From: Eledone cirrhosa
Taxonomy: Eukaryota
NCBI GenBank assembly: GCA_964016885.1
Contig: OZ024743.1
Coordinates: 372,001-436,000, forward strand
DNA: 64,000 nucleotides
Reading direction: 5' to 3'
The number at the start of each line of letters is the position of its first letter. The first letter of the stretch is position 1. Shown piece after piece: positions 1-14,720 of the stretch. The notes beneath the pieces are model-generated. The model saw only the letters and a list, made by a program, of their open reading frames with translations. It made no database searches and was not told where the DNA came from. Position numbers and translations under genes: made by a program.

Positions 1-56
1 AAAACTAGCCCGAAACGTTAAACTCTTTTCCTACCACATCAAGTGTTAAACTAATA

Positions 57-113
<57 letters not shown>

Positions 114-304
114 GAGTGAAAAGGGACATAATACGACATATTTGATTACTGCTGTCTCCACCTGTCTTATACTTTCTATTTCATAAATGCTTCAACTAAC
201 AGCCACCCCGAGGCATGAGTGAATTAATTTAGCGGGATGCTCGTAGTTGTGAGTCTTGACCTAGTTTCAGAGCATAATAATTAGATTATTATTAGTATTG
301 TGAA

Positions 305-512
305 ATTGGAAGAGTCCTTAAAGCGTCAGATAAATAATTACCAGTGATCTCGCACTTTACGTTCTGAGTTTAAATCCCACCGAGATTAGCTTTACCTTTC
401 ATCTTACGTGGTCGGTAAAATAAAGTACCAGTAACGTACTAGGCTCAATTTTATCGTTTTTCCCCTTCCCCTGAATTGTTGGCCTTGTGCCTAAATCAGA
501 AACCATTATTAC
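305..512 (+). mobile_element. Diverged tRNA-derived SINE (Deu/Nin-domain-like family)
   Basis: B-box-like gagtttaaatccc, core tttcatcttacgtggtcggtaaaataaagtaccag, 3' ggccttgtgcc and (att)n tail, shared with other copies in the window. Confidence 0.7.
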
Positions 513-1089
513 TATTGTCGTGATTTTCGTAATATATCCCTTTCTTGAATTAGGAGTTACGCATATATTGAAAAACATGCATAGGAGGATTCAAGGCCAG
601 AAAGGATATTCACTGTTTACATAACAGTTGAAGATTAATATAAATGTTGAAGGCTAAGTGGATGCTCAATAGATAATATACATAAATGTATTCAGATTTA
701 ACAAGCATATTCAATGTTAAAGGAAATGTTTATGGTTAACTGTTACGATTAAAATCAACAAACTTGTTCATGATTAACAAATGTCGTGTAACAATGACTA
801 CAGATCCTGATATTGAAATTTTCTGGAACGTGCCTATGATATTTTGTGGGTTTATTCTTACATAGTTATGTATCGTTGCAACTATACAAATTGTAAATAG
901 AATGATAGAGGCATTCGTTAACTACCAATATGTGTTCAGTTCAAAAGCTAAGACCTAGTAATTAATCGACTTTTCAGCTCACTTGTGGGCAACATTCGAA
1001 GCATTTAGTATTGCAATGACGATAAATAATACACCATTGTCATTGTGTCACGAAGAATGATGTTAAGCTTACTAAGTACAATATTCTCT

Positions 1090-1359
<270 letters not shown>

Positions 1360-1533
1360 GTTATTGACGGTTTGCACAGTAAAAGTGATGATTACTGGAT
1401 CTGTTACTGCCTATCTAGTCTCAACAAGGACCTTAGACAGAGACCCCTTTTCTGAGTATGTGCTGTGCTTAGCAGGACACCATTTTCTCAGACCACAATT
1501 GACGTCTTGACGTCTCTAGATTTATCTGCTTAA

Positions 1534-3515
1534 GAAACCATCTTAGATTTAGTGCAGAACATGTATTAATGGATACCATCTTAGATTTAGTGCAGAACAT
1601 GTATTAATGGATACCATCTTAGATTTAGTGCAGAACATGTATTAATGGATACCATCTTAGATTTAGTGCAGAACATGTATTAATGGAAACCATCTTAGAT
1701 TTAGTGCAGAACATGTATTAATGGATACCATCTTAGATTTAGTGCAGAACATGTATTAATGGATACCATCTTAGATTTAGTGCAGAACATGTATTAATGG
1801 ATACCATCTTAGATTTAGTGCAGAACATGTATTAATGGATACCATCTTAGATTTAGTGCAGAACATGTATTAATGGATACCATCTTAGATTTAGTGCAGA
1901 ACATGTATTAATGGATACCATCTTAGATTTAGTGCAGAACATGTATTAATGGAAACCATCTTAGATTTAGTGCAGAACATGTATTAATGGATACCATCTT
2001 AGATTTAGTGCAGAACATGTATTAATGGATACCATCTTAGATTTAGTGCAGAACATGTATTAATGGATACCATCTTAGATTTAGTGCAGAACATGTATTA
2101 ATGGATACCATCTTAGATTTAGTGCAGAACATGTATTAATGGATACCATCTTAGATTTAGTGCAGAACATGTATTAATGGATACCATCTTAGATTTAGTG
2201 CAGAACATGTATTAATGGATACCATCTTAGATTTAGTGCAGAACATGTATTAATGGATACCATCTTAGATTTAGTGCAGAACATGTATTAATGGATACCA
2301 TCTTAGATTTAGTGCAGAACATGTATTAATGGATACCATCTTAGATTTAGTGCAGAACATGTATTAATGGATACCATCTTAGATTTAGTGCAGAACATGT
2401 ATTAATGGAAACCATCTTAGATTTAGTGCAGAACATGTATTAATGGATACCATCTTAGATTTAGTGCAGAACATGTATTAATGGATACCATCTTAGATTT
2501 AGTGCAGAACATGTATTAATGGAAACCATCTTAGATTTAGTGCAGAACATGTATTAATGGATACCATCTTAGATTTAGTGCAGAACATGTATTAATGGAA
2601 ACCATCTTAGATTTAGTGCAGAACATGTATTAATGGATACCATCTTAGATTTAGTGCAGAACATGTATTAATGGATACCATCTTAGATTTAGTGCAGAAC
2701 ATGTATTAATGGAAACCATCTTAGATTTAGTGCAGAACATGTATTAATGGATACCATCTTAGATTTAGTGCAGAACATGTATTAATGGAAACCATCTTAG
2801 ATTTAGTGCAGAACATGTATTAATGGATAACATCTTAGATTTAGTGCAGAACATGTATTAATGGAAACCATCTTAGATTTAGTGCAGAACATGTATTAAT
2901 GGATACCATCTTAGATTTAGTGCAGAACATGTATTAATGGATACCATCTTAGATTTAGTGCAGAACATGTATTAATGGATACCATCTTAGATTTAGTGCA
3001 GAACATGTATTAATGGAAACCATCTTAGATTTAGTGCAGAACATGTATTAATGGATACCATCTTAGATTTAGTGCAGAACATGTATTAATGGATACCATC
3101 TTAGATTTAGTGCAGAACATGTATTAATGGAAACCATCTTAGATTTAGTGCAGAACATGTATTAATGGATACCATCTTAGATTTAGTGCAGAACATGTAT
3201 TAATGGAAACCATCTTAGATTTAGTGCAGAACATGTATTAATGGATACCATCTTAGATTTAGTGCAGAACATGTATTAACGGATACCATCTTAGATTTAG
3301 TGCAGAACATGTATTAATGGATACCATCTTAGATTTAGTGCAGAACATGTATTAATGGATACCATCTTAGATTTAGTGCAGAACATGTATTAATGGATTC
3401 CATCTTAGATTTAGTGCAGAACATGTATTAATGGACACCATCTTAGATTTAGTGCAGAACATGTATTAATGGATACCATCTTAGATTTAGTGCAGAACAT
3501 GTATTAATGGATACC
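1534..3515. repeat. 38-bp minisatellite, ~52 near-identical copies
   Basis: Unit ga(t/a)accatcttagatttagtgcagaacatgtattaatg; period 38; no spacers. Confidence 0.97.
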
Positions 3516-3872
3516 TAGAAAATGTGAACATAAATACAGGTATTTTTCAGAGCGACTAATTTTGCCTATTGCTCTTATGCCAATATCTTTAGTACCAAGA
3601 AACGTGAAATGGTGTAACATTTTGGGGGAAATGCTTCTAACCCATCCTTTAACCACTCTTTGTCTATGGTCAATTTCAAATTGTTTGCGAAATCTGAAAC
3701 ACAAAAGGAGTCGCTAGTACAGACGGTTTGAAATTTCAGTCAGTACATAAGCATGGAATTTGGTTTCACAAAATGTGTTGTCAATATGAAATGAGTAAAA
3801 GATCTTAATAGTTGGCCTGGTGGACTATTGAGTGACAAAGTATGACGGTTCAGATATGTAGGAATCCTAGAA
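3503..3872 (+). mobile_element. R4/Dong-type LINE reverse-transcriptase relic
   Basis: Manual translation INGYLENVNINTGIFQSD...ALMPISLV...LNHSLSMVNFKLFAKSETQKESLVQTV*NFSQYISMEFGFTKC...FRYVGILE matches the R4 RT pattern (GIFQGD, NHLLFMDDLKLYAK, GMEFGLDKC, YKYLGILE). Confidence 0.8.
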
Positions 3873-5354
3873 ATTATTATTATTAGTATAATAAGAATTA
3901 TTATTATTATTATCAGTAGTATTGTTGTTATTGCTAGTGCTGCTGCTATTCTTGCTGTTGCTCTCTTTTGATCTAAATCCTAGGAAATAATTGGATTTTT
4001 GCACGTTTATTAATTAAAAGGATTTCCTCTTTCGGAATATTTTCAAACAAGAAACCTGATTTATCTCATACGTGGCTAAAAAAGAAACGGTTTGTTTTAG
4101 GCGTATAATAGTTATGTTAATATTTTTCTCTATATGGCTTCATGTTGTAAAGCAGCGGGAACCCCACCCACGAAAACTAATCATGAACTAAACAGCATTA
4201 GAATATTAACAGAAAAATAAACACACTTAATTAAATTGGTAGACACATACATTTTGTCAATTAATAAAAACAATAAAATTTTAAGAATTGAAATCATTTG
4301 CGCGACAAATACAAAAGCGTTAACAATAATTCTTTCGTTAGTATTATTAGACACAACCAAAAAACAATATCAATACAAATAAAAACACAGTAAAGAATTT
4401 GTCGCTTGTCTGAGGCATTTATATAAGAATGTGCAGGAGGAAAGTAAATTATCTCTGCTTTGTGGACAATGGAGATTTTTTTTTCAACTGCCGTCACGGG
4501 ATTTGTAGAAGGATGTCCTAGTCGATGTGTGGAACGATGTGGTTTCCACCAATTGGAGAAGGGTTTATGGGAGTGTGTTCTGTATTTAAGACTCAGTACG
4601 ATGTGACTTAAGAGAGTGAGTTAGTGTGCTTTACTCCTATACTCACACTCGTACTACATGCAATATATGAGTCGGTGGAAAACAAGATCAACAATCAGGT
4701 GCAAATGTATAAACGCTGACGCTCTATACGTCGTCACATTTTCATAAAGAAACAAAAATAGTGCTGGAAGTGAGAATATAGGTAACTAAAAACAATATGT
4801 GTTTGAGAGCGATCTGTAAAAAGTCCTATTGACATCAGAAACCCACGAGAGCAATCTGGAACTATGTCCCGTCGAGCGATAAAGAGAAGAGCAGAATGTT
4901 TAGCTGCAACATGTGTAGCATGTAAGGGATTTCTGTCTCAAGAAGATTGAAAAGCAAAGAAGATTGATGAAAAGCAGTAGAGCCGGCAGCAAAAGCAACA
5001 ACGTGAGCTTGAAATTGCTGTTTTCAGAGTATCAGCTGTCGCACCCGCGGTCACAGCTTTGGGTGTGGTCAAAAAGTTCCAATAATCTATCATTACCTGT
5101 AAAATACCTGCTAAGAGCACTGGGATATTGCAAATCCAAAACAGAATATGATTATGGGTGTCATTGGATTCAGCAGACTATAATACTAGAGTTATTGCAT
5201 TAGCAAATCTGAGATGGCTTTGACCCTACATAGGTAGCGGTTCCTCAGCAGAGTTTAGCTGGATTAGGGTTATTTTGGTATATTTCTATTTGTTTCTATA
5301 TATATATACTTATTCATTTAATTTATTTACTTTGAATTACATTTTAAATGCCTT

Positions 5355-5425
<71 letters not shown>

Positions 5426-5460
5426 TTAAAAGAATAGAGGTGTAACACACGAGTTGTGAT

Positions 5461-5771
5461 ATATTAGTAAAAGGTAAAGAAAATGCTGACAAATTTTTCC
5501 CAGTGAAAAATAGTTTAATTAGGAATAAGTATAAATTAGTAGTAAGTATTGGTTAGTATTCAGTTTTAGTTTTAAGTTTTTACCGGTTGCGCATTTCTAA
5601 TGCTTTTCAAAAATAATTTTGAGATAGAGCGCCCGTGATGTTTGCTCTAATCAGATTAGAGCAAACATCACGAGAGCTCTATCTCAAAATTACTAATTTA
5701 TACTTATTCCTAATTAAACTATTTTTCACTGGGAAAAATTTGTCAGCATTTTCTTTTACTTTTACTAATAT
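5461..5771. repeat. Long inverted repeat centred at 5653; left arm has an extra ~70-bp segment
   Basis: Arms are near-perfect reverse complements (...tttgctctaatc a gattagagcaaa...). Confidence 0.9.
5577..5613 (-). ncRNA. Hammerhead-like motif with U3-A8 core and A13C substitution
   Basis: ttt TTGAAAA gcatt aga aatgc GCAAC CG GTA aaa. Confidence 0.55.
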
Positions 5772-5838
5772 ATATATATATATAAAAGATTGTTTGATGA
5801 TTACTTGTTTCGCTCATTTTTATATATATATATATATA

Positions 5839-5940
5839 CAGGGTGTCCCAAAAATATATACACACTTTGATTACCTGTGCAGGCAATATTTATCAGAATG
5901 CTGTTGAAGTGTTTTTTTTTGTTTTTTTTTTGACATCCTA
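5839..5940. mobile_element. Tc1/mariner-type MITE
   Basis: TIR cagggtgtcccaaaa next to TA; same internal sequence (gaatgctgttgaag) as the copies at 22231 and 46020. Confidence 0.7.
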
Positions 5941-6477
5941 TATATAGTAGTGAAAAACGGGAGATTATATAGAAAAACAAAAGGAATTTATTTATTTTCT
6001 ATTTCATACAGTTAACTAAGTGTAAGTATATTAAGATGCTATTTACGAGTTTATGACGATGAGCTGGCAACTGTTTCAATTTAATGAAAAAAAAAAAAAA
6101 AATGGTGCATGCAGAATACGCTATACATATTGCTTATGGCATGATGAGATAAATTTAATAATAATTAATTTGTATTTGTTTTTGTTATATAATTCTTTTT
6201 TTCTTTGAATTTTTTCAGTCACAAATTAGTAAAACAACAAAGGTTGGCTTAATAGTTTTCACTTTGTAACTTTGTAAATGTATTCAAAATCTATTTATAA
6301 ATCCTGGCAGTATGTATCCGTCCACAAATGTAGCTCTGCCAATAATCTCCCCTTCCTTCGGTAAATTAAATTGTTTAATAACATTACTGATGGACATAGA
6401 TGATGTTATAGATTACGAAAATTGGATTGATACTCCGAGCTGAAATGTAAAATGGATTTTATTCATTCTGATTTCAG

Positions 6478-6620
<143 letters not shown>

Positions 6621-8467
6621 ATATTTTATATATATATATGTATATACATATTATATGTATATATATAATATATGTATATATATTATATGTGTGTGTGCAT
6701 GCATGTATGTATGTACGTGTGTGTGCCTGTGTGTGTGTGCGTGTGCGTGTGTGGTTGCGTATAGGTAATAGATAAATAGTATATCATAATTCGCCTGAAT
6801 ACGGGGTATATGTTCACAAAATTGCTCAATAAAAGCTTAACGGAAAGCTAAATAATTTAGATAATACCTTCTTCTTTTTGACTTTAGTTCCTTTTAGTCC
6901 CTATGAAGCACTGGGTGGCATTCGTCGTCTTTGTATTAATTTTGCTTAATAGAAGTAAGTTTGCAAGCCTAGCCCTCCATCCCCCTCTCAATTCAACGCA
7001 GACTGTTAATTCAATAATGGATATCACGATAATTATTCATCCTTTGGAAATAAAGTGACGACATTTGACTCACAGATATTTCGGCCAAAGTAAGCTGATA
7101 TTATGGATGTATATAAAAAAAAAAAAGCTTAGTTGATCAAAATTTGTTTTTAAAATCTAGACAATGTACATAAGAGTGGATCGGATATTTTAAGCCAACT
7201 AATGAAAGCAATGTGTATATTTCAATCATATGAGATCTCAGTGAGGCATATTCAATTCAAGATTAAAAATAATCATTATATATATAGATATAAGGGACTG
7301 TTATGAATATCAGAAAATAGCCAAGGAGAGTTGTGAATAATAATTACAAAATGGTAAGATTTCAAACTAGATATATTCGAATTTCCATTGTCTATATTGT
7401 CCAATAATTTCAATCAACTTATCTTCTTATCACAATTGCTTACTCTTTTTTTATTAAAAAAACCCTTAGGGCGAGTGTTTGTCTGTTTCGATATCCTCAG
7501 TCGACTGAAGATATACTATATTAGATATGAGGGACTTTATCTGATGTGGGATATTTCTCTTTTCTCTCTGTCATTCACAACTCTCTTTCTCTCCCTCTCC
7601 ATCATCCTATATATATATATATATATATAAATATATATATGTATATACGTGTGTGTGTGTGAATAATATTAAAAGGGCGAAGATAGGCAAATGAACAATT
7701 ACAGACAGTTCCAACTCATCTGTCGACCGCTAGAGATACTTTGTTCCAGTGCTTTAAGATCGATACTATATATATTGCAAGGTAAACAATAGAAAGCATT
7801 AACAACCAGCATCGAGTGCAATTTACAAACATCTTATTTGCTTAACGCTTGTGTGAAATGGAAAACGAAGTGTATTCATGGAAAAAATTAGACTTATATT
7901 TCTGTTACAGAATTTGTAGTGAATACTTTAAGGTAAAGGAACGTTTGTCAAATCCGTGTTGTTTTCTAAGATGCAGCATTGAATTTCCGTGTCTAACTGG
8001 ATTAGAATCGAAACGTGTTTCGAGAGTTAAATATCTTTTGTATGGATTTAGAGTTGTGCTTCAGATGGGATTTAAATGTTCAACTCTATTTAAATAGGTG
8101 AAATGATACCAATAGTAGAAGTAGTTAAACAGAATATTAACAGTATTATAGTGCTTGTTACCCATGCTTTTTAATTTAATATTTTAATATATGAAAGTCA
8201 GTGTATGATCCAAGTTGTAGGCCACAGTTTAATTTTACTTGGGTAGCAGTTAAGTACAAGAATCGTCTCTAGCTAACACTAAATTCATTACACAAGGCGT
8301 TACCTTAGAACGCATTGTTATTACTAATACTCGATACTTAACTGGTATTTTATTCTATCAACTTTGCCTTTCATCCATTTGGATTCGATATAATGCAGTA
8401 CCATTCAAGCCCTAAGGTTTAATTGTCTTTTCCTTTCCTCCTCAAAATATTATTATTATTATTATTA

Positions 8468-8689
8468 TTAGCAGAACCAGTAGAACGTCGGACCAAATGC
8501 TTCGTGATAAAAAGTTATGGCCCTTTACCTTCAGAGTTCAAATATCGCGGGGGTTAGCTTTGCCTTTCATCCTTACGAGTTCGATAAAATAAAGGAGCAG
8601 TAATGCACTGGGGTCGATTTAACCGACTTGCCCATCTCCCCAAATTGCTGGCCTTGCGCCTATAGTAGAAATCATTATTATTATTATTA
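8468..8689 (+). mobile_element. tRNA-derived SINE (Deu/Nin-domain-like)
   Basis: B box gagttcaaat, core ttgcctttcatccttacg, gctggccttg, (att)n tail. Confidence 0.75.
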
Positions 8690-9023
8690 AATCTGGAAGA
8701 ATACAGTCAGGTAAAAGTAATGGAAACAACAAAAATAACGGCGTTGGTAACAGTTACTGTAAGATATTAAACCCGAAGACTCTTATGAACATTTAATTTA
8801 ATGGACGTGGACCACAGACAAAAGGTTAAATCCAGTAAAAGACAAATTAGAGTGAGGGAGAAAGAGCGAGAGAGAGGTGGGGAGAGAAAAGGGTAGATAC
8901 AGGGGGAGGGAGAGAGTAGAAAATACGAAAATCTAAATTATATAAATGCATTAAATACAACTCCCATAGACAGGTGTCCTTTTTTCTGGACGGGAGTAAG
9001 AACCTCGGCATTTAATAAATAGA

Positions 9024-9206
9024 GTTTCTACTTTTGGCACAAGGCCAGCAATTACCCCAGTGCATCACTGGTACTTTATTTTATCGACCCCGTAAGGATG
9101 AAAGACAAAGTTAACCTTGGCGGATTTGAACTCAGAACACAAAGGGCCATAAATCTATGCTGCAAAGCATGGCGTCTGACCCTCTACCGATACTGCGAAA
9201 CCACGA
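9024..9206 (-). mobile_element. tRNA-derived SINE with 15-bp TSD
   Basis: Reverse complement of the family consensus; TSD catttaataaataga at 9009-9023 and 9207-9221. Confidence 0.9.
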
Positions 9207-9973
9207 CATTTAATAAATAGAATCGAACTACTTTGCAAACTCGGAAAAAACAGAAATAAAATGGCAAAACGACGTGAAAACATCTACTAGAAAATAAAAA
9301 ATCAATAAAGGAAAAAACAAAGCAATTTTAACGAAATATATATAAAACACTGGAAAAGAAAAAGAGGAGGAGAGAGAGCGAGGGGAAGGAGGGAGTGAAA
9401 TGGAGAAAGAGAAAGAGACTGATGTGCAATAATCCGTTGCCAGTGGCAATAGTTGTGCTGAGGAGTAACGTACAAACAAGTGTGTTGTTAGTAGTTATTT
9501 CAAGGAGCGGGTTTTGAGTGCCTTTAGACTTAGAGTACACTCAAACACACCGACATAATGGACAAAGCTCTTAATCCATCTGAAAATAAAGATCTTTGTC
9601 TTCTTGGTGATGATGAATCACATAGTTAGCAAGCAGAACAGGCCAGTTACTTATGTGACCTAATTATGGCTGGGCTGAGCTGAGCTGATGATGAGGGTGG
9701 TGGAGGTAGGAGTGAAGGAGGTGGTAGTCGTAGGGTGGTAGTGGTGGTTACTGACAACATGGAGGGCAGTGTAATGAGAGGTGTACAGAAATATTTCGCT
9801 TATTCTTTCGGCACTGTTACATACATATATACATAATTATACTCACATAAACCCACACACACACACACACACATACACAGACACACACACACACACATAC
9901 ACACACATATACATACATACATATATATGTGTGTGGTGTGATGGTATATGTATATATATATATATACATAGAT

Positions 9974-10052
<79 letters not shown>

Positions 10053-10323
10053 GAGAGAGAGAGATACTGGAAACCAGACAGAGATAGTGAGAGAGTTACA
10101 AAGAGAGAATGAAAGTGGTTGCGGTGGTAGTGGTTGTGGAAATGTTAGTTGTTTTGAGTCGGGTTTGGTGAGGGTAAAGACGGCAAAATTCTTTTTTCTT
10201 TCCCCAAACTAAAGTGTAAGAACATTATATGGTTAATGTCGTGCACTTCACATTAGTTAAATGCGAGTAGTGAAGGAATTGGACTTGACTGGATAAATCT
10301 ATATAAAGCACGTATATACACAG

Positions 10324-10358
<35 letters not shown>

Positions 10359-10375
10359 TATCTATCTATATAAAT

Positions 10376-10456
<81 letters not shown>

Positions 10457-10465
10457 CATTATACA

Positions 10466-10509
<44 letters not shown>

Positions 10510-10556
10510 TATATACATTCATATGTATATATATATACATTCAAATATATATATAT

Positions 10557-10833
10557 TTATCGTTTTCGGTGCGCCCGGCCGACTAACTTACTCGATATGC
10601 AAATTAGTCTGCTCAGCCGTTAATATGCATAAGGAAAGTATATACTTTCAAACGTTCAATCATCTGACAGAAAGGTATACGATGCTGACGATAGCTAATA
10701 AGCTTGAAACTAGTACATCGTTCCTGTGTCAGTGTTGAACAAAAGGGCGACGATGGTTGCCGAGCACTGTACGGCGTAATTCGGGCTGTTTGTTTATAAA
10801 CAAACCGAACATTATAATAAATGTTCGGTAAAC
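10557..10833 (+). mobile_element. Short hammerhead-bearing repeat, family A (Penelope pLTR/retrozyme-like), between (AT)n tracts
   Basis: Homologous inverted copy at ~56084-56376. Confidence 0.75.
10679..10721 (+). ncRNA. Minimal type I hammerhead ribozyme; predicted cleavage GUA after 10715
   Basis: acgatg CTGACGA t agct aata agct t GAAAC TA GTA catcgt: 6-bp stem I, 4-bp stem II, palindromic ACTAGT stem III. Confidence 0.88.
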
Positions 10834-10862
10834 CCATACGTACATATATTTATATGTGCATG

Positions 10863-10956
<94 letters not shown>

Positions 10957-11083
10957 CTACTGTACGTCTGTACAAATATATGTATGCACGTATAAATACT
11001 TATATTTAGGTATCAGCCGTACTAAGAGTGAGAAATGAAATTTTGTTTCATTCTTTTCCATTTATATATATATATATATATAT

Positions 11084-11119
<36 letters not shown>

Positions 11120-11201
11120 TCATATTTATATTTACATACATATATATATATATACACACACACACATACATTCATACATACATACATTCATATATATATA
11201 C

Positions 11202-11262
<61 letters not shown>

Positions 11263-11342
11263 TACTACTGTACGTCTGTACAAATATATGTATGCACGTA
11301 TATATATATATATATAACCAACATACCAATATATATATATAT

Positions 11343-11657
11343 AACCAACAAACCTAAATAAATAAATATATTTATTTATACTTTGGGAGGGTCATGTTGC
11401 CAATAAGAAACACACGCACCAGTTGCTTTCACTCCAATTTATTATAAATTAAAAAAAATATATATATATTTTTATTTTTTTATTTTATAATAAATTGGAG
11501 TGAAATCAACTGATGCGTGTGTTTCTTATTGGCAACATGACCCTCCCAAAGTATAACAATATCGGTTTCAACACACGTTTTCAGATAAAGAATCTTGCTA
11601 AACAAATTCAGAAACGAAATATATTTATTTATATTTATTTATTTAGGTTTGTTGGTT
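11343..11657. repeat. Long inverted repeat with asymmetric arms; the extra segment holds a decayed hammerhead-like motif (minus strand, 11560-11590)
   Basis: ctttgggagggtcatgttgccaataag.../...cttattggcaacatgaccctcccaaag; outer arms ccaacaaacctaaata/tatttaggtttgttgg. Confidence 0.85.
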
Positions 11658-12014
11658 CACCACTGGATATAACTGGTCATTCCGTATGGTCAACCTCGAT
11701 GTAATATTAGGGAGAGCACTCGACGTAATGCAACTCACCCGTCTTCGTTTGTGTAGTTGGTGGTGCGAGTACGGAGTTAATTACTATAAAATAACAAGAG
11801 GCTGGACTGGTGTAATTCCTTAAAAGGTTTATTATACTATGATCATTTCAATGGCCGGGTTCAGTATGAATCCGGTGATATCAGCAGGTATTCAAAATAT
11901 AACAAAGGAATATAATAGACAAAATCCATGGGGCTGAAAAGCAGAAACATGAGGGCGGCCGAACTTTTAGCAGCTTCTAGCCCGGTTAGCCGCCCTCAAC
12001 TTAATGGCGGCTGG

Positions 12015-12062
12015 GTCCAGAAATAGCCGTCGAAACGTTTGAGCTCTGCCGTCGGGATCAAA
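12015..12062 (+). mobile_element. Fragment of hammerhead-related repeat family C
   Basis: gtccagaaatagccgtcgaaacg...gagctc.gccgtcggg, matching the copies at 31970, 33990, 36594 and 63950. Confidence 0.65.
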
Positions 12063-12519
12063 CAGTTTCCTATATATATATATATATTAATTGGCAGTGC
12101 AATTATTGCTTACAATACAATTATTTTCATGCGCTTTTGTGCTTATGTGTACTGCTGCATCTGAGTTGCAGCCATCATGCATTGATCAGTTGTTATGGTC
12201 ACCTCGGACTCAAGTCAGCTTCCGATTCATGGCTGAGGCAAGAATACATGATGTGTACGATTGATGATTACGAAATGTTCGTGCTGCAGCTGTATAAGTA
12301 TACAGAAACACACATACGTAGAAAATGTATTTTAAACATAGCATAGTTTAGTATATTTTCGTGCTTCCGATTAAAATACATCACAGCATCGAGTGTTGTC
12401 GCTATTTATATATATATTTACACACATAGCACGTTATGTACATGCATAACAACTGAAAGATAGTCAGACAGATAGGCATACATACATATACATACATTCA
12501 CACACACATATACATCACT

Positions 12520-12895
12520 TGATCCTTTTCTCACATAATGATGGCACGAACATGACTTTTTAGCCCTGCCATGATTTACATTACTTTTCGCATATGCTGC
12601 AGCGAAAGAAAAGCATTTTATGGCAATGGCCAGCCATGCTCATGCAACACGGAAAACATTTAGATCAACTGATGCGTCTCCTTGGAGATTTTTAAGTGTA
12701 GAAACGGCTACCGGTGGATGAATCCTACTCCCTGAAGATCGGTGGCAGGTATACAAAATGAAATAGAGGGGCTGCCATTAGTTGGAAGTTTTACATAAAA
12801 AAATTGCTTCCCCTAGAATAATGTTCTGACAAGGACCAGGGTTCCCTTCCTCCCGATGGGCTAACCAGGTACTCGGGTTCTAAACCGACTCCTTC
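12520..12895 (-). mobile_element. RTE-type 5'UTR-like relic
   Basis: Minus strand ttgtcagaacattattctaggggaagcaat resembles the ttgtcagggca...ctaggagaaggaaa motif in the other RTE-derived copies. Confidence 0.45.
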
Positions 12896-12930
12896 CATAC
12901 ATGTCTCGTATCAATATTTATATATACATA

Positions 12931-12972
<42 letters not shown>

Positions 12973-12976
12973 CATA

Positions 12977-13043
<67 letters not shown>

Positions 13044-14091
13044 ATACGAATTACCAAAATGTTTGATTTACTCGATTTAGTCTCTGTTTGATTCCCAAAG
13101 ATTTTACGGGTTATATCTTTGATGAGATGACTCAATTTTTGCCGAACGTGGTATACGTTGAGCTTGAAACTTTATTGGCATACATTTTTACCATGTTCTC
13201 TTACTCTTATATGGGGAACTATAGCTATTGGATCCTGGTTATAGATGATACTGTAAGTACACAAGGCTATGTATCTACAGATTTGCATGAAAACCTGAGA
13301 AACAAAAGTTCGAACAGAGTCACAGCCTCCACAGCCAGTCGATCAGTGTTACAGAATAGATTTACAAAGCATTCTCAATGTTCTCCATTTGAATTCCCTG
13401 GAATCAACATATGCACACAACCACATGCGTACATATGGCATAAACACACAGACCTCACTCCATACACACATGCATATAAACACATTCAGATATTAAAGAG
13501 ACATTCCCACATATAACACCAATGTAAGTACACACCCTACACGTATGCATATACTAAATCACATCCATTCTTACGAACCCATGGACTCAAAATGTCTTTG
13601 TTCATCACAGGTTTGAAATTTGCAAAGAACGTAACTATATGTCAGAAAAACTATGCATATTACATAGATACATTTATATTCCTATATTTTCAAAATTAAC
13701 ATGTAGTTGGAATATTAATCTGTTGTTGTTTGAACTTGTGTCTAGCTTTTCGAACCTCCGTACATACAGGATTATAACAAGACCAGAAGAATTCTATCTG
13801 TGAAACTATTTAAGTAATGTGGATCATGCAATCATCTGAATTGTGAAAGAACACAGCTTGTACACGATATACAAGCGAGTGATTAATGTTAATATCTAAA
13901 TGCTTTGGCATCTCTCACCGTGATTTTCTTAAATCTTTTCAATAGGAGATTTATGTAAAAAAGAAAGAAAAGAAAATAACATTTTTGTTGATTCTTTTTG
14001 TATACAGATTAATAGCAACATATGTTCGTAATTATATCTCACATACTTAACGAATACACACTCAACATATGAACACATAAATACAAACACA

Positions 14092-14231
<140 letters not shown>

Positions 14232-14371
14232 CTTTCTATCTTTTACTGATTTCACTTATCTGACTTCGGCCATGCTTTACTAACACCTTCAAGGGGGTAA
14301 TCGACTATATCGTCATCAGTACTTTAGTACATCAGTACTTCTTTTCCAGTTGGTATTTCTCTCTCTCTCTT

Positions 14372-14426
<55 letters not shown>

Positions 14427-14484
14427 ACATACATAGTACATGTATAGATAAATTCGCTTATATACATTTATTTGAATCTATATA

Positions 14485-14720
14485 CTTGGCGGCAGATGGC
14501 AAAATGGTAGAGTAACATAAATATTTCGCTGTATTTGATCAGTTTCTTTAATATTCTGAAATCAAATCCTGCCAAAGTTGACTTTCCTTTTCATCAATCC
14601 GGGGATTGAGTATTGAGGTCAGTCGAGAAAATAAATACTATTTGAATACTGCAATATCTGTAGTTGATCACCTCTTAATCTCCTTCCCGCAAATACTTGT
14701 GTCCTCGTGTCTACGCGAGG
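14485..14720 (+). mobile_element. Old diverged SINE copy
   Basis: ggcggcagatggcaaaatggtagag head, aaatcaaatcc, gactttccttttcatc core. Confidence 0.55.

Noticed and set aside
1-40. Hammerhead 3' half (cGAAACgttaaactc)
   Set aside because: Cut by the window edge, and stem III does not pair properly
1534-3515. CRISPR-like array (38-bp repeats; also the 37-bp and 31-bp arrays)
   Set aside because: Units are head-to-tail with no unique spacers, there are no cas genes, and the context is eukaryotic
4500-5200. Possible LTR/gag relic
   Set aside because: No LTR pair, primer-binding site or recognisable motif
11835-11890. Further hammerhead-like strings (also ~13128, 32930, 38650, 43900)
   Set aside because: Too many core or stem defects to distinguish from chance by eye
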